Positions 6,724 through 15,023 of a DNA stretch of 36,510 bases are shown here, one piece after another. The notes under the pieces were generated by a model that was given only the letters and a program-made list of their open reading frames with translations, had not been told where the DNA came from and ran no database searches. The stretch lies in the IMG/VR virus record IMGVR_UViG_3300039208_000228, positions 1-36,510 of that record. One strand, given 5' to 3'. Within the stretch, counting starts at the first letter, position 1. Each line of letters begins with the position of its first letter. This DNA comes from a virus (Duplodnaviria > Caudoviricetes). The translations under genes were made by a program, and so were the position numbers.

Positions 6724-6786
6724 TGGCGAAGTCATAATTGTTGATGGTAATGCTGCCCTATTCCCGATGAGCTGGTCAAAAGAGGA

Positions 6787-7164
6787 GTGCGAGGAGTGGC
6801 TAAGAAGCCAAAGAGAAAAACACTAAAGAACAAGTGTGACAAACTCTGGTCTCTGATTATCCGTATGCCCAGAAGGTGTGAGTGGTGTGGAGCAGGAAAC
6901 AGACGTTTTGAAGCGGCACACATTGTCTCACGAACGTATTCAAAAACTCGCCACTGGTTGATGAATGGTCTATGTCTCTGTTCGTCATGCCACAGAAAAG
7001 CTCATGCCATGCCAACATTATTCTCCCAGTTCGTAGAGGACCATCTAGGCAAGAGCGCTCTAGAGACAATCCACAGGGAAGCACAACGCACAGACTATAA
7101 AGTAGACTATGAGCAGGTACTAAAGGGATTAAAGGAGGCATTCAATGAGAGTTACCCGGGATGA
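6787..7164 (+). CDS. NinG/Rap-like HNH recombination endonuclease
   Basis: KCDKLWSLIIR...CEWCG...EAAHIVSR...TRHWLMNGLCLCSSCH matches the NinG pattern. Confidence 0.75.
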   Translation: MRGVAKKPKRKTLKNKCDKLWSLIIRMPRRCEWCGAGNRRFEAAHIVSRTYSKTRHWLMNGLCLCSSCHRKAHAMPTLFSQFVEDHLGKSALETIHREAQRTDYKVDYEQVLKGLKEAFNESYPG

Positions 7165-7528
7165 ACGGGGTTATAGTTGGTGGGATTGTATTTACGGGAT
7201 CAAGCCAGGACAGATCAACGTCAGCGTGACATTTCCTAAGAAGATTCGAGGCTTCCACCTTCACAAAGAAAAGGAAGATAATATTACCGTCCTTGAAGGA
7301 CAATTCTTATTGGTTCTAGGCACAGAGGAGGGTGGAGCTATTACTTGGGAACGGAGGTTCATGGGACCAGGTGATGCTTATACCATTCCAAGAAACATCT
7401 GGCATGGTTACCAGTGTGTCAGCCCAACCCCAGCTAAGATGATGTATTACGAGACAGAGAAGTCGGGGCCAAGCTGCAAAGATGATTACGATTTAGCCTT
7501 CAGTAACTACGATGGGTGGATCACGTGA
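7145..7528 (+). CDS. RmlC-like cupin (NDP-4-keto-6-deoxyhexose 3,5- or 5-epimerase family)
   Basis: QINVS...IRGFHLH...D.I.VLEG...IPRNIWHGY cupin motifs; coupled to gmd. Confidence 0.75.
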   Translation: MRVTRDERGYSWWDCIYGIKPGQINVSVTFPKKIRGFHLHKEKEDNITVLEGQFLLVLGTEEGGAITWERRFMGPGDAYTIPRNIWHGYQCVSPTPAKMMYYETEKSGPSCKDDYDLAFSNYDGWIT

Positions 7529-8478
7529 AGGCGTTCATTACCGGCGTTGGTGGGCAAGTCGGCTCATACCTAGCAGAAATTTTGTTAGATGATGGGTGGG
7601 AAGTTCACGGACTCCGACGTAGAAAAGCAATCGATTATTTAGAAAACCTAGAGAAGTGTGTTCAGAGCGACAAATTCACTCTACACTGGGGGGATCTAGA
7701 GGACGGCGCTAGATTAGCCGAGATCTTAACTGAGGTTAAACCAGATGTTGTCTATAACTTTGCTGCCCAGTCTCAAGTCAGAATCTCTTTTGATGCTCCA
7801 GCTTCGACGGGAATTATGACAGGGATTGCCGCAACCAGACTACTTCAATTAACTAAACGACTCTGTCCTGGGGCTAAGTACTACCAGGCTTCTAGTTCAG
7901 AGATGTACGGTTCAACACCAGCACCACAAAGCGAAGAGTCACCGATGGTCCCAGTCTCACCGTATGGTGCAGCCAAACTCTACGCTTATAACATGGTGAA
8001 GATCTTTAGAAATTCCTATAACATGCATGCGACCAACGGTATTGTCTTTAACTGTGACAGTCCAAGACGAGGTGCTCAGTTTGTAACTAGAAAGATTGCT
8101 AGGGCAGTCGCCAGGATTCATGCCGGTAAACAAGTAACACTAACTCTTGGAAATTTGGAGGCTAAGCGAGATTGGACCTACGCTAAGGAAACAGCCGAAG
8201 GAATCTACAAGATGATGCAGTTAGGTGAACCAGTTGATATTTGCCTTGGCACTGGGGAAACTCATAGTGTCGAAGAATTTGTCATTGAAGCCTTTAAGGT
8301 GGTTGGTAAAGACTGGCGAGAATGGGTAGATTTTGACGCACGGCTAATGCGCCCTACAGAAGTTAATGTACTTAAATGTGATCCAACAAAGGCTAAGAAA
8401 GTAATAGGCTGGGAAGCTAAGACCAAGTTTAAGGATCTAGTGAAGTTGATGGTTGAAGCTGAACTAGCAAAGGTGTGA
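7525..8478 (+). CDS. gmd: GDP-mannose 4,6-dehydratase
   Basis: AFITGVGGQVGSYLAE, AAQSQVRISF, YQASSSEMYG, SPYGAAKLY, SPRRG..FVTRKI, LGNLEAKRDW and RPTEV; GTG start at 7525 overlaps the cupin stop. Confidence 0.92.
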   Translation: MKAFITGVGGQVGSYLAEILLDDGWEVHGLRRRKAIDYLENLEKCVQSDKFTLHWGDLEDGARLAEILTEVKPDVVYNFAAQSQVRISFDAPASTGIMTGIAATRLLQLTKRLCPGAKYYQASSSEMYGSTPAPQSEESPMVPVSPYGAAKLYAYNMVKIFRNSYNMHATNGIVFNCDSPRRGAQFVTRKIARAVARIHAGKQVTLTLGNLEAKRDWTYAKETAEGIYKMMQLGEPVDICLGTGETHSVEEFVIEAFKVVGKDWREWVDFDARLMRPTEVNVLKCDPTKAKKVIGWEAKTKFKDLVKLMVEAELAKV

Positions 8479-8729
8479 GGCCATCAGCTGACCTCCACGA
8501 TCGGATGGAGAAGCGTTGGCCTGGTCGCAAAGATCTACAGTATAAGTGGCTCAACAAACAGTTCGGGAAGAACCACGTCTCGGATTTAAATGGCTGGGAA
8601 ATTAACAGAGCAATATATCTACTAAGCTTAAATGGAATAGTCGGCGATGCTACATGGGAGAAGCTCGCTAAATTAAAGAAAGGAGCAGGAGGTGCCAAAG
8701 AGACAGGTAAACATGGGGGAGGCGTATAA
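8475..8729 (+). CDS. Hypothetical protein
   Basis: GTGA overlap with gmd; contains LNGIVGDATWEKL, which resembles a peptidoglycan-binding repeat. Confidence 0.6.
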   Translation: MRPSADLHDRMEKRWPGRKDLQYKWLNKQFGKNHVSDLNGWEINRAIYLLSLNGIVGDATWEKLAKLKKGAGGAKETGKHGGGV

Positions 8730-8853
8730 CCGCTATCATGAACGAGTCTATGAGGATATGCTCAAGAAGGCAGGCAAGAAGAGAACCAAGATTAAAGGTA
8801 TTTCTTCGCAGAGATATATTTCCAACTACAACAAAGAGAACAAGGATGATTGA
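8692..8853 (+). CDS. Small basic hypothetical protein (53 aa, not in ORF track)
   Basis: GTG after AAGGAGCAGGAG; MPKRQVNMGEAYNRYHERVYEDMLKK...NKENKDD. Confidence 0.45.
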   Translation: MPKRQVNMGEAYNRYHERVYEDMLKKAGKKRTKIKGISSQRYISNYNKENKDD

Positions 8854-9016
8854 GTTCAATGCAGATAAGGTAAAGCTCAATGGACCTTACGCAGACAACG
8901 GTTGGAAAGTAACCTTCGAGATCGGTGAGTATGAGAGAAGAAAGCTAAAGGATATAATAGATATAGAACCAATGACCAGAATCAAGGTCAAAGTTGAGGT
9001 GGAGAAAGAGTTTTGA
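8846..9016 (+). CDS. Hypothetical protein
   Basis: C-terminal part of track ORF 8738..9016 (MIEFNADKVKL...VKVEVEKEF); stop overlaps the terS TTG. Confidence 0.55.
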   Translation: MIEFNADKVKLNGPYADNGWKVTFEIGEYERRKLKDIIDIEPMTRIKVKVEVEKEF

Positions 9017-9348
9017 CAACAGCGGATAAGAAACAAGCAGCAATCGATTATTACGCCGAGGTACCTGTCTTCAAATACACAGCAATGGCAGTTGGCGTTG
9101 ATCGAGATACTCTATTAGATTGGCGGAAGAAAGACCCTGCATTCTCGGCACGATTACTTCGAGCACGAGCTGACTGGGTAAAGAAACACGTTCGTAAGGC
9201 TAGGCATGAGTTTAATTTAGAGAGGCTAGAGAAGGAAATCTTCGCTGAGCGTAAAGAGCTAGAACATTCTGGGGAAGTAGCCATCCCAATTCTAGGAGGA
9301 CAAACTGTACAAACTGACGACAGCAACGAAGAAGGTACTAAAGCTTAG
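9013..9348 (+). CDS. terS: Terminase small subunit
   Basis: N-terminal HTH (AMAVGVDRDTLLDWRKKDPAF) and C-terminal KELEHSGEV tail; lies immediately upstream of terL. Confidence 0.8.
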   Translation: MTTADKKQAAIDYYAEVPVFKYTAMAVGVDRDTLLDWRKKDPAFSARLLRARADWVKKHVRKARHEFNLERLEKEIFAERKELEHSGEVAIPILGGQTVQTDDSNEEGTKA

Positions 9349-10486
9349 AAAGAGAATTCGTGCTGTTCAGGGTGGTACTGCGGCTAGTAAGACAATCTCA
9401 ATCTTACTGGTCTTAATTGATATGGCTCAGTCAGATAAGACACCGAAGCTCACATCAGTAGTCTCAGAAAGCATCCCTCATCTTCGTAGAGGAGCTATGA
9501 GAGATTTCTTAAATATCATGGAGCAACACAAGTACTTCAAAGAAGACCAATGGAATCGAACTAACTTAACCTACACATTCGATACAGGAAGCCAGATTGA
9601 GTTCTTTGGTGTAGATATGCCCTCGAAGGTTAGAGGACCTAGGCGAGACAGGCTATTTGTTAATGAGGCAAACAATGTGCCTTATGGAGCATTCGATCAA
9701 TTAGAAGTTAGAACTAGAGATATTATTTTTCTAGACTGGAACCCGACTAATGAGTTCTGGTGGTACACCGACGTAGCTCCACACCGTGAACACGATCATA
9801 TTGTTTTGACGTATAAGGACAATGAAGCCCTAGAAGAATCGGTTGTTCAGGCAATTGAAGCCAGAAGACATAACAAGAGTTGGTGGAAGGTCTACGGTGA
9901 AGGGCAGTTGGGGGAAGTTGAGTCTCGAGTCTACACCAATTGGGCAATTATTGACTCTATTCCGCATGAAGCAAGATTGGAACGTAGAGGTTTAGACTTT
10001 GGCTATACGCACGACCCAACAGCACTGGTAGATATCTATTGGTATAACGGTGGAGTCATTCTTAATGAGAGGCTCTACCGTCATGGCATGAAGAATAGGC
10101 AGATAGCAGAGTATATTAATCAGTTACCAGAGCAGGTCATGGTAATTGCAGATAGTGCTGAACCCAAGTCGATCGATGAGATTAAGGGTTATGGGGTAGA
10201 TATCTTACCCTGTACCAAGGGCAAAGACTCAGTGAAGTACGGGATTGATCGGGTTAAGGACCATAAGATCTCGATGACAAAGAGTAGTGTTAACTTAATT
10301 CGGGAATACAGAAATTACTTACACGAAGTCGATAAGAACGGTAGGATATTAAATGACCCAGTAAAGATTAATGATCACTTGATGGATGCAGTTAGGTACG
10401 GTCTTGAGGGGTATAAGGAACAGCCTCGAGACTTCAAGAAGAAGCTAAGGAGGATCCAAATGCTAGCTGAGGCAGGAGAGCTATGA
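9305..10486 (+). CDS. terL: Terminase large subunit (PBSX/SPP1-like headful type), predicted CTG start
   Basis: Walker A QGGTAASKT lies upstream of the track ATG at 9422 in the same frame; Walker B LFVNEAN, LDWNP coupling motif, nuclease motifs GLDFGY..DP, ADSAEP and DHLMDAVRY; AGGAGG 9294-9299 precedes CTG 9305. Confidence 0.93.
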   Translation: MYKLTTATKKVLKLRKRIRAVQGGTAASKTISILLVLIDMAQSDKTPKLTSVVSESIPHLRRGAMRDFLNIMEQHKYFKEDQWNRTNLTYTFDTGSQIEFFGVDMPSKVRGPRRDRLFVNEANNVPYGAFDQLEVRTRDIIFLDWNPTNEFWWYTDVAPHREHDHIVLTYKDNEALEESVVQAIEARRHNKSWWKVYGEGQLGEVESRVYTNWAIIDSIPHEARLERRGLDFGYTHDPTALVDIYWYNGGVILNERLYRHGMKNRQIAEYINQLPEQVMVIADSAEPKSIDEIKGYGVDILPCTKGKDSVKYGIDRVKDHKISMTKSSVNLIREYRNYLHEVDKNGRILNDPVKINDHLMDAVRYGLEGYKEQPRDFKKKLRRIQMLAEAGEL

Positions 10487-10650
10487 ACAAGTTAGGACCA
10501 TATTTCCACTTGATAAGCCAAGTAGGCGGAACTTCGACCCATGTTATTGCCATTCACTTTATTAATCAGTACCCAGGTCATTTAGCAGTTAATTTTCTCT
10601 TCATGGATATGGGTTTCCAGATAGGTTGGTGGTTTAAAGATGAAGCTTAG
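10483..10650 (+). CDS. Small hypothetical protein (55 aa, not in ORF track)
   Basis: ATGA overlap with the terL stop and GGAGAG SD; MNKLGPYFHL...GWWFKDEA fills the gap to the next gene. Confidence 0.5.
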   Translation: MNKLGPYFHLISQVGGTSTHVIAIHFINQYPGHLAVNFLFMDMGFQIGWWFKDEA

Positions 10651-11470
10651 CGTCATAATTCCTATATATAATAGAAGCGAGCTGTTCACTTATGGCTTAG
10701 CCTCTTTAGCAGCTCAAGACTTTAAGGAATGGGAGCTTGTCCTAGTAGACGACAGGAGTACTGAAGACCTATCTAAGGTATACGAGTTGTTCCCAGGACT
10801 ACAGGTTAAGCACATCAAGATCGATCCTCGAGAACATCCGCACTATAAGGGGTATCACACACCGGCCTATGCCATAAATGTTGGGGTGAGACATGCTGAA
10901 GGAGAGGTAATCTGCATCACTCAACCCGAGATGATCCATAGTCCTAAGTCTCTGCAGCAAGGTTGGGGTAATGCGATGCAGGATGTGAATGTCTTTGCCA
11001 AGGTAGTACTCTCTCATCCGAAGTTCCCAATGTGGTTACGAGAGAACCATCAGAAACCATTCAACACCCTCTGGCAGGAAGCGGTGAAGAAGGGCCAGGT
11101 CTTCCAGGATAACGAACTGTACTGGTATATCGCTTTTGTAAAGAAGAAGTACCACGAAGATATCAATGGAGTAAACGAACTCTACATGGAAGGCGTCTAT
11201 GGAGAGGATGACGAATGGAAGGAAAGACTTAGAAGCCATGGGGTATTACCGGAGTTAAACCGGAATATCCGTGGTATTCATATCGACCATTCTTTTGAAG
11301 GCGATCTGTACACCAAGCAGGACAGAACCGCAGGATTCTGGGCTAAGGGGGCGAGAGTGAACAGAGAGCGATTCACTAAGTTTCTAGATGGAAAAAGAGA
11401 GGCAGTTATCGATCAACTAAATTGGGGGCACAATGAGTTCATCACCGATATTCGCACAACCAAGACATAA
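10640..11470 (+). CDS. Glycosyltransferase family 2 (GT-A)
   Basis: LSVIIPIYNR...ELVLVDDRSTE...AINVGVRHAEGEVI...INGVNE...YGEDDEW. Confidence 0.9.
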   Translation: MKLSVIIPIYNRSELFTYGLASLAAQDFKEWELVLVDDRSTEDLSKVYELFPGLQVKHIKIDPREHPHYKGYHTPAYAINVGVRHAEGEVICITQPEMIHSPKSLQQGWGNAMQDVNVFAKVVLSHPKFPMWLRENHQKPFNTLWQEAVKKGQVFQDNELYWYIAFVKKKYHEDINGVNELYMEGVYGEDDEWKERLRSHGVLPELNRNIRGIHIDHSFEGDLYTKQDRTAGFWAKGARVNRERFTKFLDGKREAVIDQLNWGHNEFITDIRTTKT

Positions 11471-12200
11471 ATATGATTCGTACTGGGATCTCTGGGAGTT
11501 AGTTCGGTTAAGCAATTTTCCACTGGTTTATTTTGACGAGATTGAATGGGACAGTGATAACGTCTACATCGTTTCGCCCTTAAACGGGGAGCTACCTCCG
11601 CTCCTTCCTACGAGACGGTGTAGGCTTATTTGGTTAAACATTGAACGACCAAGCTATGAAGGTAACGACTGGAAACTAGGACGTCCTGACTTTGATGAGA
11701 TCTGGGTCTGCGATAAGAACTGGGCAAAGCAAGTTGGAGCTCGCCACTTCATTATGGGGAGCCATCCACAGCACGGATACTATGACGAGAATAAGCGTTG
11801 GGATATCATAACTAATACGTACAACAATCCTCGTCGTGTGGCGATCTGGCAGCAACTTCAGGATTTACAATTCGCTCCGAATGGCTGGCAGGATCGATCA
11901 CAAAGATTAGCTCAATCGCACCTTGCAGTGGTGCCACAGCAGGATGCCCCTCCACACGCTGTGACGCCCTTGCGATTTGCGATCTCTGCTGCATTCAAGT
12001 TGCCAATGGTTTACGAGGCAGAGACGGACACATATCCGTTTATTGACGGTGAACACTTCTTCCACGCCAGCTATGAATCAATTCCTGCTAAAGTTAAAGA
12101 AGTACTTAAAGATCCGGACAAGTTAAGGGAGGTCGGTGAAGCGATTCATCATAAGCTCTGTGTCGAGACAAACTTCCGGAAGAGCGTGGAGGCAATGTGA
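11433..12200 (+). CDS. Divergent glycosyltransferase (GT-B-like)
   Basis: WLNIERP, FDEIWVCD, LAQSHLAV, RFAISAAFKLPMVYE and C-terminal KVKEVLKDPDKLREVGE resemble the GT-B C-terminal domain; cluster context. Confidence 0.65.
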   Translation: MSSSPIFAQPRHKYDSYWDLWELVRLSNFPLVYFDEIEWDSDNVYIVSPLNGELPPLLPTRRCRLIWLNIERPSYEGNDWKLGRPDFDEIWVCDKNWAKQVGARHFIMGSHPQHGYYDENKRWDIITNTYNNPRRVAIWQQLQDLQFAPNGWQDRSQRLAQSHLAVVPQQDAPPHAVTPLRFAISAAFKLPMVYEAETDTYPFIDGEHFFHASYESIPAKVKEVLKDPDKLREVGEAIHHKLCVETNFRKSVEAM

Positions 12201-13132
12201 AGGTTCTCGTAACGGGATCGAATGGCTTTATTGGCTATAACCTATATCAGTGGTTGAGGCGTAACCATGAAGACGTAGATATTTGGTGCTACTCAACTAG
12301 ACACGGACAGGACATTCTAAACATCCATCAGTTAGACCAAGCAGTCGAAGGTATGGATCTAGTAATCCATTTAGCGGCTCTAACTCACGTGGATTACAGC
12401 ATCAAAGGAGATTGGAAAGATCGGCAACGCTTCATTGACGTCAACCACACAGGAACCTGGAATGTCTTAGAGGCTTGTCGAACTCACAACGTTAAGCTGA
12501 TTCACATTTCTACATCGGAGGTCTATGGATCGAACCAAAACCCAGGAACACCTATTGACGAAGACCATCCGCTCAACCCGCAAGCTGGAACTTATGCGGT
12601 GTCAAAGGCAGCCGCAGACCATGAGTGCAGAGTTGCTTTTGAAGTCTTTGGTCAAGATGTGGTTATTGTTCGTCCATTTAATCAATTTGGTCCTCATCAG
12701 AGCATGGAGAAGCTTATCCCAAGGTTTATTGCCCTCGCTCAGTTTGGGGAACCGCTTACGATCCATGGGGATGGCACTCAGAAACGTGATTACGTCTATG
12801 CCGAAGATACGGCGTCAGCGATTTGGGCAGCTAGAGACTTTCCAGCTGGAACAATCGTTAACATCGGAACCGAAGAAGCCTACTCTATTAACGAGATTGC
12901 AGAACTTATTCAGAAGAAAGTAGAAACCAAGTACCCGGGAATGGTTGTGCATGTAACCAAAGACACTCCACGACCTAACGATCTAGCCGAATTACGTGGT
13001 AGCTTTAAGAAGATTAATAAACTATGCGGTTGGAAACCTGAGGTATCTCTCGAAGAGGGCATCGAGAAGTGTGTCGATTGGTACACAACTAACGGGTATA
13101 TCCTACCGCCCAAGATTCTCAATAAGGGATAG
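12197..13132 (+). CDS. Extended SDR NDP-sugar epimerase/4,6-dehydratase (RmlB/LegB-like)
   Basis: VLVTGSNGFIG, VIHLAALTHVDYS, HISTSEVYG, YAVSKAAAD, RPFNQFGPHQ and GDGTQKRDYVY. Confidence 0.9.
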   Translation: MKVLVTGSNGFIGYNLYQWLRRNHEDVDIWCYSTRHGQDILNIHQLDQAVEGMDLVIHLAALTHVDYSIKGDWKDRQRFIDVNHTGTWNVLEACRTHNVKLIHISTSEVYGSNQNPGTPIDEDHPLNPQAGTYAVSKAAADHECRVAFEVFGQDVVIVRPFNQFGPHQSMEKLIPRFIALAQFGEPLTIHGDGTQKRDYVYAEDTASAIWAARDFPAGTIVNIGTEEAYSINEIAELIQKKVETKYPGMVVHVTKDTPRPNDLAELRGSFKKINKLCGWKPEVSLEEGIEKCVDWYTTNGYILPPKILNKG

Positions 13133-13140
13133 GAGGTAAC

Positions 13141-14283
13141 ATGATTCCATTTGCAGGAATTGTAGATGGTTGGAGGGAGAAGTGGGCAGCGATCAAGGTT
13201 TTGTTCAGCAAATGGCATGCGTCGGGACCACAATGCCGGAAGCTAGAAGAAGAGCTGGCGAGATATATTGGGGTGAGGTATGCACTAACTACGAATTCGG
13301 GTTCGTCCGCCCTACTACTGGCCCTGAAGTCGATTGGACTACCGAAGAATGCCAAAGTGATCACCTCGGGGTGTGGATTTCCGGCAACGTTAAACCCGAT
13401 CCTCCACTGTGGCTATAAGCCAGTTCTAGTCGATTACGACATGGAGACTCAGAATATTGATCTCTTGCAAGTTGAAGAGGCAATGAAGGCTGGAGCTGAT
13501 GCGATTATCGTAGCTCACACGATGGGCATACCAGTCGATATGAGACGTCTTATGGTGATGGCTGACGAACATAACGTGATTGTGATTGAAGATTGTTGTG
13601 AGGCTATAGGTGCGCAATTAGACGGTCATCAAGTCGGGAGCTTTGGTCACTTAGCTTGTTTCTCGTTCTACCCCTCTCATCAAGTGAATGGTTTGGGAAC
13701 TGGTGGAGCTGTCACAACCAACAATGAAGAGTGGGCGAAGAATATGCGTTCAATGCGTAACTGGGGCAAGATTATCCACGAGACTAAGTGGCAAGGTGAT
13801 CATGTATCCCGTTACACCAATGATGTCGATGGAGTTATGTACGATGATCAGTACACGTATAAGACAGTTGGCTTCAACTTCTTAATGGCAGACATCTGTG
13901 CAGCCTACCTCAGAGAACAAATGAAGAGATTACCTGAATTGATCAAGAAGCGTAAGGAGAACTGGGCATACCTCAACGATAGAGTTGGGGCGAGGAACAA
14001 AGTACGGGTAAAGGTTCCTCAAGGAGCAGAACCAAGTTACTTCGGTTATGTCATGGTGAATCCGAAGAGAGACGAATTAGCTAACCATCTAGAGGCTAAT
14101 GGGGTCAGACAGCGTCCGTTCTTTGCCGGCAACATCACTCGTCACGAGCCATATAAGAAGTTTAAGACTAAGTTCCCAGTAGCAGATAGGATGATGGAAG
14201 AAGGACTATTCATTGGCTGTTGGCCTGGGTTAAAGCGTAGACAGCTCGATCATATGATCAACACGATCTGGAGCTTTAAATGA
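13141..14283 (+). CDS. DegT/DnrJ/EryC1/StrS-family PLP enzyme, His-type (ColD/RfbH-like NDP-4-keto-6-deoxyhexose 3-dehydrase)
   Basis: TNSGSSALLLA, GFPATLNPI, AHTMG, IEDCCEAIG, FSFYPSHQV (His at the usual Lys position), RNWGK, YDDQYTY..VGFN and RPFFAGNITRH. Confidence 0.88.
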   Translation: MIPFAGIVDGWREKWAAIKVLFSKWHASGPQCRKLEEELARYIGVRYALTTNSGSSALLLALKSIGLPKNAKVITSGCGFPATLNPILHCGYKPVLVDYDMETQNIDLLQVEEAMKAGADAIIVAHTMGIPVDMRRLMVMADEHNVIVIEDCCEAIGAQLDGHQVGSFGHLACFSFYPSHQVNGLGTGGAVTTNNEEWAKNMRSMRNWGKIIHETKWQGDHVSRYTNDVDGVMYDDQYTYKTVGFNFLMADICAAYLREQMKRLPELIKKRKENWAYLNDRVGARNKVRVKVPQGAEPSYFGYVMVNPKRDELANHLEANGVRQRPFFAGNITRHEPYKKFKTKFPVADRMMEEGLFIGCWPGLKRRQLDHMINTIWSFK

Positions 14284-15023
14284 AGGTAATGGCAGCCTAC
14301 GTAGTTCACTATGGTGCAGAATACCTCGAGTATTCGATTCAGAGCTTACAAGACTACGTGGACGACATTCATATCTTCTATGTTCCCGTGCCATCGTTTG
14401 GACATCGCACCACAGTATCTTGCCCGGAGTCATCCAAGGATATTCAAGATATTGCCTTTAAGTATCCGAAGGTTAAGTGGCGAGCAGGTTGGTTTAACAA
14501 CGAAGCCGATCACCGTAGAGCTTATGAGAGTTTTGCTGAGAAGATGGGTTATGACCTAGTAGTGGTCTCAGACTACGATGAGATCTGGGATGGTGAGTCA
14601 CTAGAGAAGGCGATTAAGTACTGTGAGACTTCAGGTAAGCAGCGCTTTAGAGTACCGATGGTCCACATGTGGCAGGACTTCGATGCAGTTTGTAAGGATT
14701 TAGCCCAACCAGTCAGATTCTATAAGCCAATTGGTAATGGTGAAGACTATGTACCAATGAAGAAACCCGTTTGGCACTTTGGTTACGCAATCAGCGATAA
14801 ACTCATGGCATATAAATGGGAAATACATGGGCATAAAGCGGAGATGCGAGAGAACTGGTACTACGATAAGTGGGTAGCTCGAGAGATAGAGGATGTTCAC
14901 CCTACTAATGAGAACTTTTGGACAGCTGAGAAGTACGATAAACGTAAATTGCCTAAGTTTATGAAGGATCACCCGAGGTATTCAGAGAAACGATTAAAGC
15001 CTTGGCCTAAGAAGAAGAAATGA
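14280..15023 (+). CDS. Glycosyltransferase, GT2-like (GT-A)
   Basis: YGAEYLEYSIQSL..YVDDIHI, DLVVVSDYDEIW (DxD) and VWHFGY. Confidence 0.75.
   Translation: MKVMAAYVVHYGAEYLEYSIQSLQDYVDDIHIFYVPVPSFGHRTTVSCPESSKDIQDIAFKYPKVKWRAGWFNNEADHRRAYESFAEKMGYDLVVVSDYDEIWDGESLEKAIKYCETSGKQRFRVPMVHMWQDFDAVCKDLAQPVRFYKPIGNGEDYVPMKKPVWHFGYAISDKLMAYKWEIHGHKAEMRENWYYDKWVAREIEDVHPTNENFWTAEKYDKRKLPKFMKDHPRYSEKRLKPWPKKKK

Noticed and set aside
8630-8670. Peptidoglycan-binding domain in ORF 8475..8729 (LNGIVGDATWEKL)
   Set aside because: Only the terminal motif matches and the preceding helices of the domain are not evident, so the ORF is left as hypothetical.
9422-10486. Track ORF as a truncated or pseudogene terminase
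   Set aside because: The missing Walker A is present in frame upstream, with an SD and CTG at 9305.
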